NCBI RefSeq assembly: GCF_006345805.1
Contig: NC_043004.1
Span: forward strand, 35,774,001-35,838,000
Direction: 5' to 3'
DNA: 64,000 bases
From: Octopus sinensis
Lineage: Eukaryota
Part shown: positions 1 to 11,345 of the stretch, piece after piece
Numbering within the stretch: position 1 is the first letter of the stretch
Layout of the letters: each line of letters begins with the position of its first letter
Translations under genes and position numbers: made by a program
The notes under the pieces: model-generated
Told to the model about the DNA's origin: nothing
Database searches by the model: none
Seen by the model: only the letters and a program-made list of their open reading frames with translations

Positions 1-889
1 CACAGCTATCATATTTATTATCAACATCCTTGCAATGATTCTATCACTGATGGCCGATTCCTGTCTACTTTTCTACAAAAGTAATAATTCTTGACTACAA
101 CAGAGAAGCATTATACACATAACAGTGCTCTTATCGGGCCTTATGATTTCTGGTGACCTTTCATGGTGTAAACACACATAAATAATAGTCTCAACAATCC
201 AATAAGAGAACCTCCGTTTGATTATTTTTACCTGCAAGAAATAACAGCCAAATATCCTTTATAATACAGCCTACCATCTTACAAATAAGTAGTTCGGCAG
301 AAAAGATAGATTGACTATGATTGGATTGTTCTTAACCATACATCTGCCGAGTATGGGTCAACTTGGATAAAGAAATAACAACAACAATAACAATATAATT
401 GATATTAAATAATGACAGCAATTCATTTCATATGCAATGGAATGTAACGAAGCATCACAGAATATTTTGTCCAATAACCCACTGTTATATCCAAACGTCC
501 ATATATATATATATATATATACAGACAGACATACAGACATATATGATGGCTGCCCCCTCCTTATCGGGTATGGCAATTGCACGAAACTTAACTGTTATTG
601 GTGCTGTGATCGAATGTGACTTTTTAGCCCAGCTAAAGATCTACAATGTCTTGTACAGAATTGGCAGCTAAAACCTTTACCAGTAATAGCCGGCTGTAGT
701 TGTAACTGGGCTTCATGTACCTTTGTATGTCGTTTAAGTCATCCTGCCGAATTACACTCTCTTCCACATGCCTGACAGATATGATTAGTATGCGTGCATA
801 CGTACGTGCGTGCGTGCATACGTGTGTATATGCATGCATGCATACATGCATACATACATACATACATACATACATACATGACTCTACAC

Positions 890-2056
890 CAAAGTCTTAG
901 TAAGTAGGAAGGCAGATAAATCCCTTCAGGTTGATGGCTCTGCTTGATCTGTGGAAAAGTCATAGGTAGAAACTCTATAAGATGTACCCAGTGTAAGCTA
1001 TGGACACATAAGAGGTGCAGTAATATCAAAGGAAGGTTAACTGGGAAGATAGTTTTGTGTGTGGCAGATGCACAGGTGCAATAAACACTGAAAATGTACA
1101 GAAAACAGATTCCAGCACATGCCAGGGTAAAGAACTAGAAGTAGTTGATAGCTTCTGTTACCTAGGTGACCAAATCAGTAGTGGGGGTGGATCCTCTGAG
1201 AGCATAGTTGCTAGAATATGAATAAGCTAGGCAAAGTTCAGAGACCTCCTACTTCTGCTGTTAAACAAAGGGTATTTCACTTAGAGTAAAAGATAGACAG
1301 TACAATGCCATGCTACACGGCAGTGAAACATGGGCTGTGACTGCTGAGGACATGTGAAGGCTTAAAAGAGATGAAGCCAGTATGCTCCACTGGATGTATA
1401 ATGTCAGCGTGCATACATGACAGAGTGTAAGCTCCTTGAGAGAAAAGTTGGACATAAAAAGCATCAGATGTGGTGTGCAAGAGAGATGACTGTGCTGGTA
1501 TGATCACGTGATGTATATAGATGAGGACAGCTGCGTGAAGAAGTGTCACACCCTAACAGTGGAGGGAATCTGTGGAAGAGGTAGACCCAGAAAGTCATGG
1601 GATGAGATGGTGAAGCACGACCTTCAAACGTTGGACTTTGCAAAAGCAATGACAAGCAACTGAGACCTTTGAAGATATTCTGTGCTTGAGAAGACCCAGC
1701 AAGCTAAGTGAGATCATAGCCATGGCTGATACCAGTGTCACATAACTGGCTCATTTAAAAGTAGCCTTCAATCATTGGGTGATATGGTGTGCTTGTGAAG
1801 ACCTGTTGAACTGAGTGAAATTGTAGTCGTGGCACATAAAAAACACCATTCAAGTGGGGCCAGTGCCACCTGACTGACACTCAGGCTGGTGGCAGATAAA
1901 AAGCACCCACTACACTCTTGGAATTGTTGGTGTTAGGAAGGGCATCCAGATATAGAAACCTTGCCAAATCAGATTGGAGCCTGGTGCAGCCTCCTGGCTT
2001 GCCAGTTCTCAGTCAAACCATGCCAGCATGGAAAGTGGACGTTAAATGACGATGAT
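890..2056 (+). mobile_element. RTE-clade LINE, 5'-truncated 3' fragment (decayed RT C-terminus, 3' UTR, (GAT)n tail)
   Basis: Disrupted + frames match the copy at 6885-9170 (KVL.SRKADK...CTQCKLWTHKRCSNIKGRL; GRGRP.K.W). Ends in the family tail 'gcatggaaagtggacgttaaatgacgatgat'. Confidence 0.85.
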
Positions 2057-2169
2057 ACACCCAGAACCATGCTAATAGCTAAGGAGTGAAATTTAGGATT
2101 TCTGTTTTCTGCAAATCGATTTTGGTAATCCTTTTCCCAGCTGTTTTGCACACTATAGCAACATCCCCA

Positions 2170-2302
2170 CCCCCTTTCATCCTTTTGGGGTCGATAAATT
2201 AAGTACCAGTTACGCACTGGGGTCAGTGTAATAGAATTAATCCGTTTGTCTGTCCTTGTTTGTCCCCTCTGTGTTTAGCTTCTTGTGGGTAGTAAAGAAA
2301 TA
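2170..2302 (+). mobile_element. SINE family 1 3' fragment nested in the left Tc1 TIR
   Basis: 'tttcatccttttggggtcgataaattaagtaccag...taaagaaata' matches the full copies at 23765 and 57710 and is absent from the right TIR. Confidence 0.85.
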
Positions 2303-2571
2303 TATTCTGTGTAATGCCTTTCTTTTTTTTATTTCAGATTCTTCAGTTTTGGAGTGAACCATGCTAATAGTGAACCATGAAAATAGCCCATCTATTTTTT
2401 TTTTTCAGAAAATGAAGGTTAATGATACATATTAAGCATACATTGAGTATATATTTAACAGAAAACCATAATATTATAAAACTTATTGACATAATGAATT
2501 ATTTAGCCACATGAGCACCATTTAGATAGATAGCTTCAAAAACCCTATTTGTAGTGGAATCTGTCACTTTC

Positions 2572-3341
2572 TTAATAGGAACAGGTTGGACTGCCTCTGC
2601 TGCAGCTTTGATGATCACTCATAAGACATTGGCATCCATCAGCAAAAACATCTTGATTAATGATAGACCAAAGATTTTCAATAGGGTTGAGATTCAGAGA
2701 CACTAGTGGCCACACCATCAGCCTTTCACCTTGTATGCTGTATGACCCTAAGAATGTTTGGGTGGTCCTAGCAGAGTGGGAGGGAGTGTTGTCATGCATG
2801 AATACAAGATTCCTTAGAAGTGACAGCTGTATGTCATCTAGCCAGGGATCCAAGACCTCCTTCAGGAGATTGCAGTAGGTGGCTATGGACACTTTAACCT
2901 CTTCAGGTACCTGGACTGGGCCAACAAGTCTGTCTCCAATGAGACCAGCCCACAACATGACTCCTCCAACCTGTTGTTGACATCATTAAACGTTGGTGAT
3001 GCTCATCTCTAAAATAGACCAAACCCAACCGTCAGATTCATCAAGGTTTGCCCTGGTTTTGTCAGTGAACAGAACACAACTCAAATCTAACGTCATGTAC
3101 TTTGGGCCAATTGAAGCCTCAAAATCCTGTGAGGAGGCAATTTCAGGGGTTCTCGCAAGGAAGTCATGGTCCTGATATTGCGATTTCTGGTGGTTTTCTG
3201 TACATGAGAAAGTCCAGAGGTGGTGAAAATGGCTTTGCTTGTTTGTCCAGGTTTCCCACGTAATTTGTGGCCAATATTCCTGAAATATCTAGCTGTCAAA
3301 GTCTTGCTGCTCCCACAATTGGATAGTTTCTTCCTTGGCAC
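2572..3341 (-). pseudogene. DD37E transposase pseudogene
   Basis: ORF pieces 2572-2958 and 3093-3341 plus the intervening frame; frameshifts and stops present. Confidence 0.85.
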
Positions 3342-3681
3342 TCATATAGACAAATAATCCCTTATGTCAATAAATGTTATAACATTACAGTGGTTTTCTG
3401 TTAAATATATACTCAATGTATGCTTAATAGGTATCATAACCCTTCATTTTCTGAGAAACAAATGTCTAGTTGGACTATTTTTATTCAAAAGCTATTAGCA
3501 TGGTTCACCCAAAAACTGAAGAACCTGAAATAAAAAAAAGAAAGGATGTTACACAGAATAATGAAAACATAAAAATGATGTTGTCATAGTGTGCAAACCA
3601 GCTGGGAAAAGTTTTATTAAGTCAATTCACAGAAAACTGAGAAATCCTAAATTTTACTCCTAAGCTATTAGCGTGGTTCTG

Positions 3682-3715
<34 letters not shown>

Positions 3716-6289
3716 GTTACATGTTATTTTATGTAATGGAGTAGTATGTCCTTGGTTATGGCATATAAAAGATCAGAAAGCTATCATTGGTTTTATGTCT
3801 CCTATTGCACTTGGCTATAAAGGTAACTCATCAGACCTGCTGTCCACTCTTATCATCTCTTATCATCTGTCGCACCCTTTCCACACACACACAAACTTAC
3901 CTACCCAACCACTCTTTGAGTACCTCTAGCTCTATTCTCTTTCTCTCTCTCTCTCCTACATTTTCCTTTTACCTGGAGGGTGTGCCTTCACTATTTCTCT
4001 CTCTTTCCACCAGGATAAACCATGTACCTCCTCTGTTCACCAGTGCATTTCTTCTTTCTGTCCCTCTTCCATACTTTGATCTCCTTCAGGGAATCATATT
4101 TTGTACTTGGTGACATCACTAGTGCAGATGCCATGAAAAAAGCTCCCACTATTTGCTGTGAAGTGGTTGGCATTAGAAAGCTGTAGAGACTAAGCAAAAA
4201 CAGACATTACAGCTAGACACAGTCCTCTAGCTTGGTAATTCCTGTAAAACCATCTAACCCATGCCAATAATGAGAGAAGGATGTTAAACAAGGGCAATGA
4301 TTACGTATGCATGTAGTGTTTGGAGTAATCTTGCCAAATGTATTCATTTTCAGAACGTTGTTGTCCTCCTGTACAAAATCAGAGTGCCATAACAGATCAA
4401 AGAAAACTGAACCAAGGAAAATAAATAAACATTTTACAAAGAAAAAATATCTCAACGAACAACAATTTTCATTCCAAAAAGGTTAATGTTTCCCGATCTA
4501 TTAGAGTTGACACATTTCTGAAGCGTTGGTCATTTCAGTTGTTCCACATGTCTCACCACAGTAAATTGTATAGATCTCTGTCAGAAATCTATAATAACTG
4601 ATAGTGTTTGGTAGTTGGAAATCAACCAGTAAAATATAATTGATAATATCACATTTGAAAACAACAACGCATAGTGACAACTACAAGATATATGAATGTA
4701 GTGGCATATTACTTTACACGGCTATTTTGGAATGTATTTTAGTACCTTATGAACAGACATATTGTTGTTACTTGAGAACATTATTGGTTTTGTAAAGTGC
4801 TAATTGGTTTCCCTTTGCACAATTTTGTTTCATATGTTACATCATTTTCATTTTGTACTGGAGGCCAATGATGTTTACAAAATCATTGCATTTGGCAAGA
4901 TTACCTGTATGTATTTATATATCATACTTTGACTACCACCTCGTCTCCTGGCACAAAGCCACATCCCTCTCTACTGCAGCCCCACTCAGTGAAAGAAGAT
5001 CTTGGTCTTGCAAGCTTCAGAGTGACTTCATTTATGCTGGTGCCATGACAAAAAGCAATCAGTGCCTTTTGCAAAGTCACTGGTATTAGCATCCAGGCTT
5101 AGAATCCATGCTAAGACAGTGGAGCACAATGCAAATCTTTGGACCCATCAATGCTTGTCAAAATGTCTCACAGATGCCAGCACGGCAAACAGATATTTAA
5201 TGATGCTGATGATGATGATACATATTATTATATATCGTCAAGCAATTGAATACTGGCCATGGTACATAACTGATGAGATCAAAATGTTAGCTTCAGTTTC
5301 ACACCAACCATTGCACCAAGGCAATATTGATATCTCCTCACACACACACACACATGCATGTGTATGTGCATGCATACACTTAGTCTGAAAAATGTTCAGT
5401 AGTCAGTAACAAAATAGAATGTAAAATATTTAAGGAAACATAGACAGAAGACAGTTTTGTTGTGAGATGACTGAGAGTCATAGTGAACACAAGCTGTGTT
5501 TTACAACTACATTCACCAATGTTTTTGATGCCACCATAACTTATTCAACCAAAATGTAGCTGTTAGTTGGTATTAGTGGGCAGTGTGAGGATCATAGTGG
5601 GGTGTATGGTCAGTCATTGCCTATTGTTTTATAGATCACACACACACATATGTACATGTGTGTGTGTGTGTGTATGTATGTTAGTCTGTTTGTGTGTATC
5701 TGTGTGTGCCTCCCAGTATTGGCATCATGAGAGATTTGCAAACAAGTGTCTCTGTCATACAAACAGTGTCATCTGTTTCCAGTCTTCCACGAAAACTTGT
5801 CTGCTCATTAAAAAATATTACTTTGCTTGGCAACAGGAAAGGTGTCCAACCACAAACTATCTGCCTCACTGAATTACGTGCAACTCATGCAAATCAAGAA
5901 AAGTGGATATTAAAAATGATGAGAATTAGATAGACAGAATGATAGAGTGGTAGGTTAGGTGGGTGGGTGGATGGATGGGTGGGTGGATAGATAGATAGAT
6001 AGAAGAGAGAGAAAATATATATATCTTGTACTGATGTATATTGGCAGGAAAATCAATAAACTAGTCCTTTTGAAAATATACATTGTATTCTATCAGTGAT
6101 GCCTACTTTTCATTCTCACCATTGTAAATGCTATGAACCATGGCCCATTCAAAACTGCTAAAGCAATGACTGTATTGTTAGCAAAATATGACAGAATTAA
6201 AAAAATAAGCTTTTGGTGAGGTTGTTGACTACGTCAAATATCTATTGTCGCATTCTAATTTCTGGACTATGAGTAGAGCAAAGCCTTTT

Positions 6290-6415
6290 GCCAAGTTATC
6301 AGATATAGAGTAGATAGGGATGTACATTAGAGACGAGACAGCAAGACACTGCAGTAGATGATCAGTATTGATGTCTGAATATTTTACATGGCTTTTGGAT
6401 TTCATGCAGCTAGCT
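6290..6415 (-). mobile_element. Possible decayed hAT (Charlie-like) transposase C-terminus
   Basis: Peptide SCMKSKSHVKYSDINTDHLLQCLAVSS resembles the hAT dimerisation-domain end (MK..KSKYRS.LTD.HL..CL). Confidence 0.35.
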
Positions 6416-6504
6416 GCAGCAACAACTACATCAATAACCACAAACTGACCAACCAAGGCTAACTGCTCTCCCACTTTGGTTTTGAACACACATGCACACA
6501 GAAC

Positions 6505-6830
6505 AATATACATATACTCACTCACGCGCATAAGCATGCATATATATATATATATGCTCACACACACACACATAAGCATGCATATATATATATATGCTCA
6601 CACACACACACATAAGCATGCATATATATATATATATATATATATATGCTCACACTCACGCACATAAGCATGCATATATATATATATGCTCACACACACA
6701 CATAAGCATACATATATATATATATATATATATATGCTCACACACACACATAAGCATACATATATATATATATGCTCACACACACACATAAGCATACATT
6801 ATATATATGCTCACACACATACACATACAT
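6505..6830. repeat. Compound minisatellite, unit approx. AAGCATRC(AT)nGCT(CA)nT, about 7-8 copies
   Basis: Unit visibly repeated in tandem with variable (AT)n and (CA)n lengths. Confidence 0.9.
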
Positions 6831-6884
6831 AAGAATACATCCATATATACACACATATGTGTGTGTATGAGTAACATGTATACA

Positions 6885-9170
6885 TCATCATCATCGTTCA
6901 ACATCCGCTTTCCATGCTGGCATGGGTTGGACAGTTTGACTGAGGGCTGGCAAACCAGAAGGCTGCACCAGGCTCCAATCTGATCTGGCAGAGTTTCTAC
7001 AGCTGGATCCCCTTCCTAACGCCAACCACTCCGAGAGTGTAGTGGGTGCTTTTACGGGCCACCGGCACGAGGGCCAGTGAGGCAGTACTGGCAGCGGCCA
7101 CACTAAAATGGTGTTTTTTTATGTGCCACCTATACAGGAGCCAGTCCAGCGGCACTGGCAATGACCTCGCTCAAATGTTGTTTATCACATGCCACCAGCA
7201 CAAGTGCCAGTAAGGCAATGCTGGTAATGATCACGCTCAAATGGTGCGTTGCGTTTTACATAACACTGACACGGGGTCCAGTCAGCGCCTTGGCAATGAT
7301 CACACTTGGATGGTGCTCTTAGTGCTCTATTAGCATGGATGCCAGTCATCGAATTTGATTTTGATTTCACTTGCCTCAACAGGTCTTCGCAAACAGAGCT
7401 TAGTGTCCAATGAAGGAAAAGTACGCATAAGTGGGCTGGTTACATCATTGGCATAGACCACGGGTTATGGTCTCACTTGGCTTGCCAGGTCTTCTCAAAC
7501 ACAGTATATTTTCAAAGGTCTCGGTCACTAGTCATTGCCTCGGTGAAGCCTAATGTTCGAAGGTCGTGCTTCACCATCTCACCCTAGGTCTTCCTGAGTC
7601 TACCTCTTCCACAGGTTCCCTCAACCGCTAGGTTGTGACACTTTTTCATCCAGCTATCCTCAACTATTCTCACTACATGACCATACCAGCACAGTCATCT
7701 CCCTTGCACACCACATCTGATGCCTCTTTGTTCCAACTTTTCTCTCAAGGTACTTACACTCTGTCGAGTATGCACACTGACATTATACATCCAGCGGAGC
7801 ATACTGGCTTCGTTCCTTGTAAGCTTACACATTTCCTCAGCAGTCACGGCTCATGTTTCACTGCCATGAAGCATGGCTATTCGTACACATCGTACACATG
7901 CATCATACAGTCTACATTTTACTCTGACCGAGAGGCCCTTTGTCACCAGCAGAGGTAGGAGCTCTTTGAACTTTGCCCAAGCTATTCTTATTCTAGCAGC
8001 TACACTTTCAGAGCACCCGCCCTGGCTACTGATTTAGTCACCTAGGTAATGGAAGCTATCAACTACTTCTAGTTTTTCTCCCTGGAAAGTGACAGAAGTT
8101 GTTCTCTGCAGAATTTCAGTGTTTATTGCTCCACATACAAAAACTATCTTCCCAGTTAGCCTTCCTTTGATATTACTGCACCTCTTATGTGTCCATAGCT
8201 TACACTGGGAACATCTTATACAGTTTCTACCTACTCCTTTTCTACAGATCAAGCAGGGCAATCTACCTGAAAGGATTTGTAGTTTGTCTGCCTTCCTACT
8301 TATTAGGACTTTGGTTTTAGCAAGGTTGACTCTAAGGCCCTTCAATTCTAATCTTTGTTTCCACACCTGCAACTTCTCCTCTAGTTCTGATAGTAACTCA
8401 GCAATTAGAGCAAGGTCATCAGCATAGAGGAGCTCCCATGGGCATCCTGTCATGAATACCTGTTATTGCCAGGAGAGCTATGATAAATAGGAGGGGGGCT
8501 GAAGACTAAACCTTGGTGGACACCTACCTCTACCCAGAATTCTTCACTGTACTTATTGCCAACCCTCACCTTACTGACAGCGTCCCTGTACATGGCTCAC
8601 ACAGCTCTCACTAACCATTCATCTATCCCTAGTTTCCTCATTGACCACCAGATAAGGGATCAGGGGACCCTGTCAAAGGCTTTCTCCATGTCAACGAAAG
8701 CCAGGTACAGAGGTCTATCCTTGGCTAGGTATTTCTCCTGCAGCTGTCTTACCAGAAATATAGCATCAGTGATACTTTTCTCTGGCATGAAACTAAATTG
8801 CATCTTATCTAAACTGACTCTCTCCCTAATTAGTTGGGCTATGACCCTCTCCATGACCTTCATTACCTGATCCAATAACTTGATACCTCTGTAATTATTT
8901 GTATCTAAAGTATCACCTTTACCTTTGTAGCAGTTTTATGTGTATCTAGACTATAGCTGACACCGCCAGATATCTTGAGCATCCCTGCAGTGATACCTGA
9001 TGGGCCAGGGGCTTTCCTTGTCTTCATACTCTGCTTTATCTACCAAGGTACTGTCAATTCGGATAGCTGGTCCCTCTGTTGGGTCGACATTCGGCAGACT
9101 CTCTTTCTCCCATTCATTGTCTTTATTGAGCAACCTTGTCTCCAAACCTCTCTCTTTGCAGCCTTGTTAA
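6885..9170 (-). mobile_element. RTE-clade LINE, 5'-truncated, RT region pseudogenised
   Basis: Minus ORFs with RT motifs (QFSFMPEKSITDAIFLVRQLQEKY, AFVDMEKAFDRVP, ELLYADDLALIAE, FHYLG); 3' UTR with tandem units; (CAT)n tail at 6885. Confidence 0.95.
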
Positions 9171-9234
9171 TGCATATATATGCTTTTCATTGTCTCTGTA
9201 TGTGTACAATATACAGATATATAGTTGCATAAAG

Positions 9235-9968
9235 AAGTGCCAATTTCTAAATGTGGATGGTGCCCGTGGAAGAAGAAGACCTTGAAAGATGGAGGAAGTG
9301 GTGACAAATGAGCTTCAGATGTCCAGCCTCACAGAGGAGAAGACAAAGGACCAAAGTCATTTGTTGTACTTCAAAAGACCTAGCCATTCAATTCAAAATG
9401 AGTCCCTAAAAGTACATCGTTTGTTTCTATGCTCCTGACAAATCTCTCCCCAACAATTCATCCTTCTAACTTCCCCGTTCCCACACCCATGTTCACCACT
9501 CACTGCAATGCCCTCCATCTCCCAATCTCCTTTCACAATCTCAACAACTCGACTGCTCACTGACCCTGGCCAATCCTCTCAACCACTTACAGTAACTTGA
9601 GAGCAAACCCCAGCATTTTCACCATTTCTTTCTCTATATTTTTTTTCCCAACAGAAGTAGCCATGTTTCTCTCTTCAACTGAAAGACACTGCCATACTCC
9701 AACTTGAGCAGCCTCCATCAGCGCAAGACCTCTTCAGTTGAGCAGTATTATCTTATGAGTTACTTGCTGACCTCACTTGTATTCTCTAGCTTCATGACAA
9801 ACACTCAATAGACTCAGTAAAGTTGTTGGCATTTGGAAAGGCATCCCATCCAGAGAAATCATGCCAAGGTAGACAGCAGAGTTTGGCACAGTCCTCTGCT
9901 TCACCAACTGCTGCCAAACTATTCAACACATTCCAATATGGACAGCAGATGTAAAATGATGATGATGA
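9235..9968 (+). mobile_element. Older RTE-like LINE 3' remnant
   Basis: Degenerate 'VDG..GRRRP.K.EEVV' coding remnant near 9255-9310 and a degenerate family tail ending in (GAT)n at ~9960. Confidence 0.55.
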
Positions 9969-9977
9969 TAATATATA

Positions 9978-10208
9978 TTTCTTTATTGCTCACAAGGGGC
10001 CAAACATAGAGGGGACAAACAAGGACAGACAAAAGGATTAAGTCGATTACATTGACCCCAGTGCAAAACTGGTACTTTATTTATCGACCTCGAAAGGATG
10101 AAAGGCTAAGTCGACCTCGGTGGAATTTGAACTCAGAACATAATGACAGGTGAAATACTGCTAAGCATTTCGCCTGGCACGCTAACGTGTCTGCCAACTA
10201 GCTGCCTT
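9978..10208 (-). mobile_element. SINE family 1 (tRNA-derived head, MetaSINE-like central motif), near full length
   Basis: Reverse complement of the 23765 copy; B-box-like GAGTTCAAATTCC; central motif GCCTTTCATCCTTTCGRGGTCGATAAA. Confidence 0.85.
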
Positions 10209-11345
10209 GGGCCACAACTATGCAAATCTGTTCACTGGCTACGTTGAGGCCTAAATATTCTCACAATTCACTGGTTCCACTCCCAAACTATATGGTCGTT
10301 ATATCGTTGACTGTATCAGCGTGACCTCACTCTCCCACAAACAACTAGACTCCTTCCTCTCTTTTGCCTAATCCTTCCATCCTGCCCATGAATTCTCCTG
10401 CTCTATCTCTAACTCTCCCATTGAATTTCTTGATATTTCCATCAGAATACCCCACTCCACTCTCACTACCTCCATCCACATCCACTATAAACTCACACTC
10501 CTACCTTTACTTCTCCTCCTCCCACCCTACCCACACCAAGCTCTCCATCCCCTACTTCCAACTTCTTTGTCTGCGCAAGCTCTGCAGTGACAACCATGAT
10601 TTTGAGACTCAGTCTCAACTCATGGCTTTTCACTTCAACCTACGTGGACATCCCCTCACCACTATTCACACTGCCCTTGCCAGAGCATGATCTGTGGACT
10701 GTGCCTCTGCTCTTTCTCCTCATACCCAATCCACTGTTTTCCTGCCACCCATTTTCCTTCACCTACCACCCCCACCCTGCCCCTCTAACGTACCTTTCTC
10801 TGAGCCTTCTAGTGACTCCAGTTCGACCCCTCCACTTCTCACATCTTCCCCAACCTACCCCTTCACTTCTTCAAATGTGCCCATAACCTGCATGACCATA
10901 GTTTTTTCCCCTAATCCCACCTCCCAACCTGGCACGTTCCCCTGCTCCCACCCATGCTGTCACACCTGCTCCTACCTCTCCAACACCACCATCCTCACAG
11001 GCACTCATCATCGTCCCTATCACATCACTGACTCCTTTATCTGCATTTCAAATAACGTCATTTACTGCATCTCCTGCTCTCTCTGTCCTTCCCTGTACAT
11101 TGGTCAAACAGGATGCCTCTTGGCCAATCGGTTTATGGAGCACCTCTGAGACATCACACTTGGCAATGACACCCCAGTCTCACACCATTTCCACTTTACA
11201 GGTCATTCATTACAACATTTGTCTGTGTTCAGACTGTCTTTGCACAGGGGCCATCCGGACTCCTGCCTTCACTGTGAACAGGAAATAATCTTCTCTCTTT
11301 GCTCCTATGCACCACATGGGCTCAACTCACTTCCACTCTTCATTT
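10209..11345 (+). mobile_element. Penelope-like retroelement (Neptune-type) fragment: RT C-terminal part and GIY-YIG endonuclease, pseudogenised
   Basis: Peptides NYANLFTGYVE...YGRYI (RT motifs), SIPYFQLLCLRKLCSD (PLE thumb), GTFPCSHPCCHTC (Cys linker), NVIYCISCSLCPSLYIGQTG.LLANRFMEH (GIY-YIG) and terminal APHGLN. Confidence 0.9.

Larger units (their letters stand above)
2058..3685 (-). mobile_element. Tc1-like DD37E transposon with ~300-bp IR/DR TIRs, TA target, decayed transposase
   Basis: TA|CACCCAGAACCATGCTAATAGC at 2058 and GCTATTAGCGTGGTTCTGGGTA|TA ending at 3685. TIR match extends to ~2495 and ~3362. Minus-strand peptides VLFTDKTRANLDESDGW, WAGLIGDRLVGP and FMHDNTPSH...LNPIENLW, with 37 residues between D and E. 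Confidence 0.9.

Noticed and set aside
4352-4486. Possible + strand terminal exon after 'ttttcag'
   Set aside because: Weak pyrimidine tract and no homology; cannot be supported from sequence alone.
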